This document shows positions 19,289-28,686 of a stretch of DNA of 64,000 nt, piece after piece. The position numbers were made by a program, and so were the translations under genes. The stretch spans positions 11,180 through 75,179 of the forward strand of contig JAFSOV010000018.1 of assembly GCA_017443235.1 (NCBI GenBank). The letters are read 5' to 3'. The notes under the pieces are model-generated. The model did no database searches, was not told the DNA's origin, and saw only the letters and a program-made list of their open reading frames with translations. How positions within the stretch are numbered: the stretch's first letter is position 1; every line of letters begins with the position of its first letter. Source of the DNA: Alphaproteobacteria bacterium (GTDB lineage: Bacteria; Pseudomonadota; Alphaproteobacteria; Rs-D84).

Positions 19289-21592
19289 ATGCAGAAATTG
19301 CTGAAAACATTGGAAAGGGGCATTGTTTGCCTTTCGGTGGTTGCATTTACAAGTGCGTGTTTCGGGGATACTTCGCCCGCACGCGGTGCCGCCACACAAA
19401 ATCGTGGCCGTGGGACGACCACCGCATCACGTATGCCATCTATACCGGTTTTGCCGGTCAGTGCCGTTGGTAATATGACCACAAGTAAAGAAGACCATAA
19501 CGTAAAACCAACACCGGATAATCCTACGCCGGACAACCCGACACCGGACAATCCTACACCGGATACGCCGGTGAACCCAAATCCGCCAACCCCGGGATGC
19601 CCGGACGGTGGGCCTGTCAATTCTGATTATACGGTTGAAACCTGTATGAACGACATTTTGGCGTGCGTAAATGGTGGCGCATTGCCAAACGGTATAAATT
19701 CTTTGTTTAACGAAGATTTGCGTAATTCCATTGTGAACGGTATGGGGCTGTGCCTGGCCCAGGTTGAACGCTGTGTCACGACCGTGCGCCGGAATTGCCA
19801 ATATGTGTACACATCATCTTCTGATGTATGGTTGGATTTCAATGCACGCAAGGTTCAACCCGAATACTATGCGTTTGTTTTGCGCAAAACGGGCCTGACC
19901 CCGACCCAGGCGGAAAATACATGTCTGTTGCTGGACCGCAACACATACGGATTGTCGTTTGACGCGGTGTCCGATGCCGACCGTGTGACGGGTGAATACA
20001 ACCAACAGGTTGGCGCGTATAACAGCGCCCTGAATGATTCTTTATCCAAGGCGAACCCATTGGGGGTAGAGGTGAACCACACCGGCATTGACGGCGAACG
20101 CGGGTACTATGCACGTTGGGATGCCGAAAAGGCCGAATGTTTATTGCGTGTTGCGGCATATAACAAAGACACACTGATTACGAACAGTTGGCTGTTCGGC
20201 GCGGTTGGTGACGACCGCACGGCCGAAGTATGGCAAGCCGCGGGTTCGACATTCACATGCAACAAAGATTTGTTCGACTTTTCGTTGATGCCAAAAACCA
20301 AGACAACCGCGGCGGTTGCAATTCCGGGCGGAACATTGTTGGGCGCGGGCATCGGCGCGTTGGCGGGCCACGGCGACCGTGACTTTGATTGCGCGAACGA
20401 AACATTGCGGAATCAATTGTTGAAAAAACTGCAAGACAATCAAAAGATTGGTAATTTGAACCAGTTTATTGAATCGCCTTTGTCCAGTGCCGATAGAACC
20501 ATGACCCAGGCCCAGTGCAACGAAATTGTCAAACTGTATGACCTGTGGCAAATGGGTAAAGAGGCAATCACACTGTGTGATTCTCAATCCGCAGAATTGA
20601 CAGTGATAATCGACCAGATTACCACAACAACGGTTGAAACATGCACAAAATCCGGCACAACCAATTGCGACACCAAAATCACAAAAGAACAATTTGATAA
20701 TTATTGCGATAAAAACGATTGCAAAGATTTCAAATTCACCGACATTCAAAACAGTCAAAAGAATTGTCGCTTTATCGATTTGAATCGTGCACGTCAATAT
20801 GGCTTGGATGTGTATTGCGAAGGCACCGGTGAAAACTGTGTCAACAAGGAAACGTTCCAACGCGACCTTGATATGTTGGCCAAGATATTTGGTTCAATCG
20901 ATATACTGGAAGGTCAAAAGTCAAATCGTTTGAAAACGACACTTATTGGCGCGGGAACCGGCGCGGCCGTTGGTGGAACCGCAACCGCGATTACGGCATT
21001 TGTTGAACGCAACAACATCAATTGCCGTGTGGCGGATGGCCTGGCGCGGGTCAGTTTCGGTAAATCATACACAATTGATCGTCTGCGTGACTTCTATGTC
21101 AAATGGGCGTTAAAGTTGCCACAAACATTGGCACCGACCGCGGTCGTCACGAACTGTGACAATTGGGAATTGACGTGTGCGATGTTCACCGATTTGGATG
21201 AATGCGCGGCGGCACAATTCAACTATCGCCCGGGCAATTTGTCCAGCACCACCTTGGTTCAAAATCCGTGCAAAGCATCCGGCAGTGCATGTATCACAAA
21301 CCTGGCCGTGGCCCAGGCAAACGGCGTATGTTTGGTGACACCGGAAAATCCGGACGAACCATCGGATAACGATTATCCAAATGTGAAGACCTGCAACGAA
21401 TGGAACAATGCATGCCAGGTTTATAACACCGACCCGACCAAATGTGCCGCGGCACGGGTTATATACACACCTGCATCAATGTTGGTATCATCCGCGTGTA
21501 AATTTAACACTGCGATAAACGAATGTCGTCCCAACGGGGTAAAAGTAAGAAAATATATGGCCCCGCTGGATTGTGAATTCCATGTAGATTAA
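19289..21592 (+). CDS. Cys-rich exported protein with PTPDN repeats and glycine-zipper-like segments
   Basis: AGGAGG RBS; signal-like N-terminus; GGTLLGAGIGALAG and GAGTGAAVGG segments; many Cys. Confidence 0.8.
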   Translation: MQKLLKTLERGIVCLSVVAFTSACFGDTSPARGAATQNRGRGTTTASRMPSIPVLPVSAVGNMTTSKEDHNVKPTPDNPTPDNPTPDNPTPDTPVNPNPPTPGCPDGGPVNSDYTVETCMNDILACVNGGALPNGINSLFNEDLRNSIVNGMGLCLAQVERCVTTVRRNCQYVYTSSSDVWLDFNARKVQPEYYAFVLRKTGLTPTQAENTCLLLDRNTYGLSFDAVSDADRVTGEYNQQVGAYNSALNDSLSKANPLGVEVNHTGIDGERGYYARWDAEKAECLLRVAAYNKDTLITNSWLFGAVGDDRTAEVWQAAGSTFTCNKDLFDFSLMPKTKTTAAVAIPGGTLLGAGIGALAGHGDRDFDCANETLRNQLLKKLQDNQKIGNLNQFIESPLSSADRTMTQAQCNEIVKLYDLWQMGKEAITLCDSQSAELTVIIDQITTTTVETCTKSGTTNCDTKITKEQFDNYCDKNDCKDFKFTDIQNSQKNCRFIDLNRARQYGLDVYCEGTGENCVNKETFQRDLDMLAKIFGSIDILEGQKSNRLKTTLIGAGTGAAVGGTATAITAFVERNNINCRVADGLARVSFGKSYTIDRLRDFYVKWALKLPQTLAPTAVVTNCDNWELTCAMFTDLDECAAAQFNYRPGNLSSTTLVQNPCKASGSACITNLAVAQANGVCLVTPENPDEPSDNDYPNVKTCNEWNNACQVYNTDPTKCAAARVIYTPASMLVSSACKFNTAINECRPNGVKVRKYMAPLDCEFHVD
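19507..19569 (+). repeat. 15-bp coding tandem repeat, (PTPDN)x3 plus a partial fourth
   Basis: CCGGATAATCCTACG / CCGGACAACCCGACA / CCGGACAATCCTACA. Confidence 0.8.
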
Positions 21593-21790
21593 AAAGTTTG
21601 GCTTGGTGTCCCTTAAACCGTCCCACGTGGACGGTTTTTTATTTCCACGTCATTAAACCCTGTCGCGACTGGGCGATAGCGCAGACGGAACTAACCACTA
21701 ACACTATCCACTAATCACTTTTTTAATTTTTATTCTTGGTTAAGGTGCCTTTTTATGATAAAATAGTTGGGATAATAGGGGGATTTTTAC

Positions 21791-24460
21791 ATGAGAAAAA
21801 TTCTGTTGATATTGGCATTTTTAATTACTGGATTCGGCGCAGACGCCGCACCACGCGCCGGCAATACAAACAATGCACGTACCGGACGTGGTGGTGACAC
21901 AACCACCCCAACACCCCCAACAACGTCGACCGCTGCCGCACGCGGACGCAGTGCCATACAAGCGACACCCAGCACCCAAACATCAACACGTAAAACTATA
22001 ACATCTTCTGCGGCACCTGGACGCACAACAACAGGCACAACAGGCACAACAACAGGCGCATCGGCAAACAGATCTGCCGTCGTATCGCGCGCTGCAAAAC
22101 AAAGCGTTATTGGCACCGGAACCAAGGTCGCGGCCGCGGCACAAAATACTGTGGTTGATGAAAAATGTTGGAATGGATTTATGGGATGCATGGATTCATT
22201 CTGTATGTTGGACAACGCGAACGGCGGACGCTGTATGTGCAGTGACAAAAACGCAGAATACGATTCGATACTCGCGGAAATTCAATCTTTGGACGAACAG
22301 AGTTATCAAATGGCAACCGTCGGCGTAGAACGCATTGAAATGGGTGACGATGCCGATGCGGTTATGAAAAAAACGCAAGAAATCACCAAAAGTATCGAAA
22401 AAGATTCCACGCAATCAAAACGCAAATCTTTGGATTTGTCGGCATGGAATTTGACAGAAATTGACTTTGATGATGGGGACATAGAAGACATTTTCTCAAT
22501 TGCATCGGACGGTTCATCCATCACGAACAAGACCGGCGACGCGTTGTATCGTGCGGCGGCGAAACTGTGCAACACGCAAATGCCGGAATGCAAATCGCAA
22601 TCAACAATGATGGAATTGATGTATAAACAACGCGTGCGTTCCGATTGCACGGCGTATGAAAACAGCCTGCGCCAGAGCCGCACGCAAAGCGCCCAAAAAT
22701 TGGCATCGGCCCAATCGGCTATGCGTGAGGCCGCACTGGAACAATACCGAAACGCGAACAAATATGACCTGGGGCAATGCACGGTTCAATTCAAACAGTG
22801 TATGCAAACAACCGGCGGATGCGGCGACGATTTCAGTGGTTGCGTCGATTATTCTGTGCGCGAAAGTTTGACCAATACTAAAACAGATGGCACAACAAAA
22901 TCTAAAACGACGACCATCAAAGGCACTTCATCCAAAATCACATTATTGGCGGCAACCTATGACGTGTTAGAGGCCAAAAAAGAATTATGTATGTCGGTCA
23001 CGCAACAATGCGTCAACGTCCGTGACCAGGTTTGGGATGCATTCCTGCGCGAAGTCGCGCCCCAGGTAAAGTCTGCGGAATTGATGGCGGAATCCAATAT
23101 GCGCACGTCGTGTATTTCAACTATATCAAATTGTTTCCAAAAGGCATGTAAAGACAATATGGACCCGAACGACCCGGATGGTTCGTACGATATGTGTTTA
23201 ACCAAACCCGATACTTTGCGCAGCGCATGCAAGGTCGAAATAGACCCGTGCGAGGGCGCAATACCGGAAATTATGACCTATGTCAAGGCACGCCTGGCAT
23301 CTATGCGCGTGGATTCGTGTACCAAGGAATTCAAACAATGTTTAACATCCGAAGATCGTTGCGGCGCGGATTATACACAATGTATCGGTCTGGACACAGA
23401 CACAATTGTAGAAATGTGCCCAACGGATAAATTACCCGGATGCAAATACGTTAAGGCGGATAATGACGATTATGTATACTCTAATAACACAGAAACAATT
23501 CGTGCAAACCTTGCACAAATCGCAACGGGCATATTCCTGAATATCGATAATAATATGCTTTCAACATGCCAGAAAGCGTTAGACACCGCGATGTTGCGCG
23601 TCTGTGGCAGTACCGAAAACTGCGACGAATTGACTTCCGATGGTGTGACAGGTGCGCGTTCATTGAAATATAATATTTGTACAGGTACCGGAAGCGATGA
23701 AAAATGTTACGCATCAGCGGACAGCATCCCCAGCGATATTTTGGAAGATTCGACCGTTGCGTGGAATATTGATATCACAGGCATGATTCCATGGGGTGAT
23801 TTATCATATTCAAATAACCAATATACAGGAACCGGATTGGATGACACAAACAAATCAGAAATTGACGCATTGTCAAATGCGGTAAAGAACGCCATTAATG
23901 CGATTAACTCTGACCCAGTTGTTCAATATTGTATGACTGGACGTAAATTCCAAGGATATAAAGAAATTCTAGGAACCGTTAAAGAAGAAGGTGATAATGT
24001 TACTATAGATGAAGATAAAGCACGTTTTCCAAATTTAACAAATCAAATACAAAACCTTATTTGGACATCTGTGTTAAGGTCTGCATATGAAAATTATGTT
24101 CAAAAATATGATGAGTTGACCCAACAAAAAATGAAAGATTCTGTAAAGATAGCAAGTCGTACAGATGAAGCCACCGCCAAAGCAACGGCCCGTGAAGCAT
24201 GTAATGCATGGCATAGTACAAAAGAAATAACCACAACAACCGGTGCGGATGGTAATACCACGGTTGACCTTTCAAATACAAATTATGCCAATGTGTTGGA
24301 TGCACTGCAACAACGTGAAACACACGCCGCATTTAATGAGATTACAGGCGAATGCATTATAACGACCAGATATCAAAAATGCGAATTAAGTTATGGATTT
24401 GATTGTTTGAAATACGGGGAATGGGTCTCAGAAACCACGACAATAAAGTTATTAGATTAA
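21791..24460 (+). CDS. Large Cys-rich exported protein; full-length form at the putative invertible locus
   Basis: GGGG RBS; signal peptide ending ADA; Thr-rich linker; CMDSFC and many CxxxC motifs. Residues from about 555 are homologous to the convergent ORF 24491-25939. Confidence 0.85.
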   Translation: MRKILLILAFLITGFGADAAPRAGNTNNARTGRGGDTTTPTPPTTSTAAARGRSAIQATPSTQTSTRKTITSSAAPGRTTTGTTGTTTGASANRSAVVSRAAKQSVIGTGTKVAAAAQNTVVDEKCWNGFMGCMDSFCMLDNANGGRCMCSDKNAEYDSILAEIQSLDEQSYQMATVGVERIEMGDDADAVMKKTQEITKSIEKDSTQSKRKSLDLSAWNLTEIDFDDGDIEDIFSIASDGSSITNKTGDALYRAAAKLCNTQMPECKSQSTMMELMYKQRVRSDCTAYENSLRQSRTQSAQKLASAQSAMREAALEQYRNANKYDLGQCTVQFKQCMQTTGGCGDDFSGCVDYSVRESLTNTKTDGTTKSKTTTIKGTSSKITLLAATYDVLEAKKELCMSVTQQCVNVRDQVWDAFLREVAPQVKSAELMAESNMRTSCISTISNCFQKACKDNMDPNDPDGSYDMCLTKPDTLRSACKVEIDPCEGAIPEIMTYVKARLASMRVDSCTKEFKQCLTSEDRCGADYTQCIGLDTDTIVEMCPTDKLPGCKYVKADNDDYVYSNNTETIRANLAQIATGIFLNIDNNMLSTCQKALDTAMLRVCGSTENCDELTSDGVTGARSLKYNICTGTGSDEKCYASADSIPSDILEDSTVAWNIDITGMIPWGDLSYSNNQYTGTGLDDTNKSEIDALSNAVKNAINAINSDPVVQYCMTGRKFQGYKEILGTVKEEGDNVTIDEDKARFPNLTNQIQNLIWTSVLRSAYENYVQKYDELTQQKMKDSVKIASRTDEATAKATAREACNAWHSTKEITTTTGADGNTTVDLSNTNYANVLDALQQRETHAAFNEITGECIITTRYQKCELSYGFDCLKYGEWVSETTTIKLLD
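23451..23628 (+). repeat. Inverted repeat, left copy (about 178 bp; partner 25764-25942)
   Basis: Near-identical in reverse complement to 25764-25942, with only a handful of mismatches. Confidence 0.95.
23453..23480 (+). other. dif/XerCD-like recombination site A
   Basis: AAGGCGGATAA-TGACGA-TTATGTATACT: 11-6-11 layout; arms match E. coli dif GGTGCGCATAA-TGTATA-TTATGTTAAAT at 7/11 and 8/11. Confidence 0.65.
23917..23987 (+). repeat. Internal inverted repeat (partner about 25264-25334)
   Basis: Both copies encode VVQYCMTGRKFQGYKEILGTVKE with near-identical DNA. Confidence 0.85.
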
Positions 24461-24462
24461 AC

Positions 24463-24492
24463 AAACTGCCCGCGAATGCGGGCAGTGTTTTT
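24463..24492. terminator. Probable bidirectional terminator between the two convergent cassette ORFs
   Basis: ACTGCCCGC-GAAT-GCGGGCAGT hairpin with A-rich and T-rich flanks. Confidence 0.75.
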
Positions 24493-25939
24493 AGTTTAGC
24501 AGGTTTATTGCCACCGGCGCTTCTTCCACTTCTTCATCCCATTCTTTACAGACGTTCTTTTTTGTTTTTGTACAATTTTGCGTTGTTTTTAATTTTACAC
24601 ATTCGCCAGTTTCGTATTTTGGAATTGTCACAATCTTTTCTTTGTAATTCCATTGTGCCGACACAGAACAACCTACCACTTTATTTCCATTTGCGTCCGT
24701 CGTATTTTCGCATTTATCAATACTTTCTCCACCACTATCCACCAGATCGTTTGTGGTGGATATTCCAATGCCAGCAGCGGCAGCAACAGAAGCACCGGCA
24801 ATAGAAGCGCCTACAATTCCGGCGGTTGAAAGCGTTGTCACTGTCGCTGTTCCAATTACAGTTGGGACAGCTATCTGGCTTCCAACAGCCATAAGAACTG
24901 GCACACTTACTGTTGAGGCAGCACCAAATGTAAATATTGTTGCCACAACCGCAGCAGCCACCAATAAGCTAAATGCAATCCATTTTCCGGCATTGCTTGT
25001 TTTTGGGGTATCTGTTGCGGGCAAACTGGCCGTGTCACCGTATGCGATACAGATTTCCACTGCTTTCGCCTTTGCATTTTCTTCATCGGCAATTTGGGCG
25101 CCTTTAACTTGATCTTGCATCATACGTTTGATTTCTTCATCATATTTTTCCATATAATTTTCACGCGCATTTTTTAATGCGGAATTAGCAATCATCTGGC
25201 GAATTTGGTTGGTTAAATTTGGGAATCGTGCTTTTGAAGAATCTAACACCGTGTTTGTACCACCTTCTTTAACGGTTCCTAGAATTTCTTTATATCCCTG
25301 AAATTTACGTCCGGTCATACAGTATTGAACAACTTGGTCGGATTCAATGGCATTAATCGCGTTTTCAACCGCAGATGTTAATGCTTTGATTTCTATGCCA
25401 TATACACGATCACGAATTATATCATAAGTTCCATTATCTCTTAATTCTTCTACGGTAACTCCTGTTGCCCTTGCAACATTTTGCACATATGTATCAATAG
25501 GGGTAAAATGAAATTTTGTTTGTATATTATCGGTAGTTTGGTCTTTATCTTCTTCATATGAGATTTCCCCCCAATACAAAATACCAGATAAATCCGCACT
25601 GAATAATTCTGTCTTTATAGCGTCTTTCGAAAAACCTTCAATAGAGTTTTTACAAATAGGCGCACTTAATAGATTAAAACTACCCTCAGAGTCTTTGCCA
25701 TTGGTATATTGGCAAATTCTGTACTCTAAACTTCTTGTTCCGGCGCCGTTGTCAACAACAATGTCGTCACAGTTTTCGGTACTGCCACAGACGCGCAACA
25801 TCGCGGTGTCTAACGCTTTCTGGCATGTTGAAAGCATATTATTATCGATATTCAAGAATATGCCTGTGGCGATTTGTGCAAGGTTTGCACGAATTGTTTC
25901 TGTGTTATTATAGTATACATAATCGTCATTATGCGCCAT
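24491..25939 (-). CDS. Alternative (probably silent) C-terminal cassette for the 21791 protein
   Basis: No signal peptide. Begins inside the dif-like site. First ~57 aa nearly identical to aa ~555-612 of the convergent gene. Carries hydrophobic helices (WIAFSLLVAAAVVATIFTFG; GIVGASIAGASVAAAAGIG). Confidence 0.8.
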   Translation of the reverse strand: MAHNDDYVYYNNTETIRANLAQIATGIFLNIDNNMLSTCQKALDTAMLRVCGSTENCDDIVVDNGAGTRSLEYRICQYTNGKDSEGSFNLLSAPICKNSIEGFSKDAIKTELFSADLSGILYWGEISYEEDKDQTTDNIQTKFHFTPIDTYVQNVARATGVTVEELRDNGTYDIIRDRVYGIEIKALTSAVENAINAIESDQVVQYCMTGRKFQGYKEILGTVKEGGTNTVLDSSKARFPNLTNQIRQMIANSALKNARENYMEKYDEEIKRMMQDQVKGAQIADEENAKAKAVEICIAYGDTASLPATDTPKTSNAGKWIAFSLLVAAAVVATIFTFGAASTVSVPVLMAVGSQIAVPTVIGTATVTTLSTAGIVGASIAGASVAAAAGIGISTTNDLVDSGGESIDKCENTTDANGNKVVGCSVSAQWNYKEKIVTIPKYETGECVKLKTTQNCTKTKKNVCKEWDEEVEEAPVAINLLN

Positions 25940-25942
25940 TAA
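25764..25942 (-). repeat. Inverted repeat, right copy
   Basis: Reverse complement matches 23451-23628. Confidence 0.95.
25912..25939 (-). other. dif/XerCD-like recombination site B
   Basis: Minus strand ATGGCGCATAA-TGACGA-TTATGTATACT; 8/11 and 8/11 match to E. coli dif arms; same 6-bp core as site A. Confidence 0.7.
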
Positions 25943-26418
25943 TTCCCCTTCAGCTCTGCTGAAGGGGGGGACCGCGGGACGCGGTGGGGTAGTTGCAAGT
26001 TCTCCTCCACCGGAGGAGTACGGCCCAGCGGGCCGGGAGGTGGGGGTCTCTGTCGCGCCGCAGCCTTGGCGCTTGCATCACGAAGTTTTAACGAAGTGGC
26101 GCAGGCGGACCTGTCCACCGAAGCGCAACGCGCGAAGGCGGATGGGGGCATAAAAAATGATGCTTTTGTGATTTTTACCCCCACCCCGTCGCCGTTCGGC
26201 GCCACCCCTCCGATTATCACCCACAAAATTTTTTCAAATTTTGTGGGGCCCGATGGAGGGGAACTTTCACCCCACCCCTCCGTGAATCACCCAAAAAATG
26301 CTGTGCATTTTTCGGGGACCGATGGAGGGGAACTAAAAACGCGGGGCATTTGCCCCGCGCACTAATAACTACCCCACCACCGCTGGTGGTCCCCCCCTTC
26401 GGTATCCGAAGGGGAATT
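25942..26418. repeat. Cluster of palindromic REP-like elements from several families, partly nested
   Basis: TCCCCTTC-N-GAAGGGGGGGACC-N-GGTGGGGTAG at 25943-25992 and inverted at 26368-26417; CCCCTCC..GGAGGGG variants and CCGAAG..GAAGGCGGA-type units between them. Confidence 0.85.
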
Positions 26419-26423
26419 ATCAC

Positions 26424-26993
26424 TTACTTTCCTGTGGCGCGACGTTTTACCGCAACGGTCTTTTTTGCCGCCGTGGCTTTTTTTGCCGCCGGTTCCTTTG
26501 TTGCGACTTTTTTTGCTGTCGCTTTTTCGGCCTTTAGCGCCTTTTCTACTTTCTTGGCATCGGTGGCAACCGCTTCGTCGGTCTTGGCCGCCGCAACTTC
26601 TGCCTTTGGTGCCGCCTTTTTCGCGTTCACGTCACGATCAACAAATTCGATAATCGCCATAGGCGCCGCATCACCATAACGGAAACCGGCCTTTAACACG
26701 CGGGTATATCCCCCCGGACGTTTGGCATAGCGCGGTCCCAACACCGTGAACAACTTTTTTACGGTCGCCGCAGACGCGTTGCCCAATTCAGACGCAACCA
26801 ACCGGCGATTGGCGACGGTATCAACCTTGGCACGGGTAACCAATTTTTCTACGACACTGCGCAGATCTTTGGCCTTTGGCAGGGTTGTTTTAATTTGTTC
26901 TTTTTCAATCAAGTTTTTCGCCAGACCAATAAACAAGGCCTTGCGTGCATTTGTATCGCGATTAAATGTGCGACCTGCTAATCTGTGTCTCAT
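26424..26993 (-). CDS. rplQ: 50S ribosomal protein L17 with Ala/Lys-rich C-terminal extension
   Basis: MRHR..., [30 protein letters not shown]. Confidence 0.97.
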   Translation of the reverse strand: MRHRLAGRTFNRDTNARKALFIGLAKNLIEKEQIKTTLPKAKDLRSVVEKLVTRAKVDTVANRRLVASELGNASAATVKKLFTVLGPRYAKRPGGYTRVLKAGFRYGDAAPMAIIEFVDRDVNAKKAAPKAEVAAAKTDEAVATDAKKVEKALKAEKATAKKVATKEPAAKKATAAKKTVAVKRRATGK

Positions 26994-27262
26994 TGATTAC
27001 TCCTTTATTTTGTTTCCGCCCTGCCCCAACAACCGGGGTGGGATTCGACCAGATTTCGTGCCCCGGGGCGCGCCCCAGCAACACGCGTTTTTCTCTCTAC
27101 CCAAACTCCTTGCATATGCGCAAGAAAATGATTTTGACAATCCCTTGCGGTGGTGCACAAGAAAATTGTCAGAACGCGTCAGTTGGAAGGGTTTGACGGT
27201 TCGCGGTGTAGTAGCCCTACATAAGAACCGGCAAACCCAACAATGGGCGCGTTATCACAATT

Positions 27263-28291
27263 TTATTTATAGGGGTCTTCATACTTCTTGGCCAACTCCG
27301 CAATATTTTCTGGTGGCCAACCCGGAACTTCCATCCCCAGGCCCAGGCCCATTGCTTCCAGTTGGATTTTAATTTCGTTCAACGATTTGCGTCCAAAGTT
27401 CGGGGTCTTTAACATATCGGCCTCGGTCTTTTGGACCAATTCGCCCAACCAATTGATTTTGTCGTTTTTCAAACAGTTGTTTGCACGAACAGACAATTCC
27501 AATTCATCAACACGTTTCAACAACTTTGGATCGAATTGCAACGCGTCTTTGGCGGCCTCTTCTTCGGTCGGCGCACTGATTTGTGCCGGATCTTCAAAGT
27601 TGATGAACACGGTCAATTGATCGGTCAAAATGCGTGCCGCAAATGCGATTGCGTCTTCGGGCGTGACACTGCCATTTGTTTTGACGGTCAATTCCAATTT
27701 ATCATAATCGGTCGATTGGCCAACACGCGTTTCCGAAACATTCGACGCCACATTCAAAATCGGCGAGAAAATCGAGTCAACCGGAATCACACCCAACGGC
27801 AAACCGTCGGCATGCGCGGTCGCCGGAACATAACCACGACCCGTACCCAGTGTGATTTCCATATCGAATTGTGCGCCCTTGTCCAATGTGCAAATTTCTG
27901 CATCCGGATTCATAATTTCAATTGCAGACGACGTTTCAATCATACCCGCCTTGACAACCGCAGGCCCCGTCACGTGCAACGATGCCTTGTGCTGGCCTTC
28001 GCTGTTTGCCTTGAAATAAACCCCTTTCAGGTTCAGCAAGATATCGGCAACGTCTTCATGAACGCCCTGGATACTGGAAAATTCGTGTTGAACACCGTCA
28101 ATTTTTACATACAACGGCGCGCATCCCTGCAGCGACGATAGCAACACGCGACGCAGCGCGGTCCCGAGTGTCAAACCGAAACCCTTTTCCAACGGTTCCG
28201 CGACCAATGTCGCCATATTCGGATTGTGTTCATCGGCTGTGATATTCAGTTTTTTTGGCTTGATTAAAGTCATCCAATTTTTTTCAATCAT
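27263..28291 (-). CDS. rpoA: RNA polymerase alpha subunit
   Basis: [41 protein letters not shown]. Confidence 0.98.
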   Translation of the reverse strand: MIEKNWMTLIKPKKLNITADEHNPNMATLVAEPLEKGFGLTLGTALRRVLLSSLQGCAPLYVKIDGVQHEFSSIQGVHEDVADILLNLKGVYFKANSEGQHKASLHVTGPAVVKAGMIETSSAIEIMNPDAEICTLDKGAQFDMEITLGTGRGYVPATAHADGLPLGVIPVDSIFSPILNVASNVSETRVGQSTDYDKLELTVKTNGSVTPEDAIAFAARILTDQLTVFINFEDPAQISAPTEEEAAKDALQFDPKLLKRVDELELSVRANNCLKNDKINWLGELVQKTEADMLKTPNFGRKSLNEIKIQLEAMGLGLGMEVPGWPPENIAELAKKYEDPYK

Positions 28292-28361
28292 TTAAATTTC
28301 CTTTTAGCTTAGTTTATCATTTTCGCCAATCGGCCGCACATAAATCTTTACGTGCCCGCGC

Positions 28362-28390
28362 ATTTTATAGCGTTTTTTCCGAAAAGTCAA
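28362..28390 (-). promoter_or_regulatory. Sigma70-type promoter for rpoA
   Basis: TTGACT-17 bp-TAAAAT on the minus strand. Confidence 0.65.
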
Positions 28391-28396
28391 GCATAA

Positions 28397-28675
28397 TCCC
28401 CTTCACATTCCCGGGCCCCGAAAAATACGAAAGTATTTTTTGGGTGGGTTTGAAGTGGGGGACACGGTGGGGTAGTAAGTCCCCTTCACATTGTGAAGGG
28501 GGGGACCGGCGGAGCCGGTGGGGTAGTAAGTCCCCTTCACATTGTGAAGGGGGGGACCGCGGGACGCGGTGGGGTAGAACCGGGCGCGTATGCGCACCCG
28601 TGCAAAGCACGGGGCAACTACCCCCCGGCACGCTGTGCCGTACCCCTTCTTAATAAGAAGGGGAATTCGCGACGG
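28397..28675. repeat. REP-like cluster: three direct copies and one inverted copy
   Basis: TCCCCTTCACATTGTGAAGGGGGGGACC..GGTGGGGTAG at ~28397 (interrupted), 28479 and 28530; inverted copy at 28617-28665. Confidence 0.9.
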
Positions 28676-28686
28676 TCATGAAAAAT

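Noticed and set aside
25912-25939. Chromosomal replication terminus dif
   Set aside because: Not favoured: there are two inverted copies at the edges of a coding repeat, and by eye the plus strand stays C/A-rich on both sides. It cannot be fully excluded without a skew calculation.
23451-25942. Diversity-generating retroelement template/variable repeat pair
   Set aside because: Mismatches are few and not adenine-specific, and no reverse transcriptase is present in the window.
25939-26423. Short ORFs in the track over the repeat cluster (also 28365-28681 and 29124-29345)
   Set aside because: Translations of palindromic repeats with no convincing start signals.
27174-27252. SRP RNA (ffs)
   Set aside because: The conserved domain IV motif (CAGG..GGAA..AGCAG) is not seen on either strand.
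28397-28577. CRISPR array
   Set aside because: The units are adjacent ~51-bp palindromes without unique spacers, they occur in both orientations, and there are no cas genes in the window.
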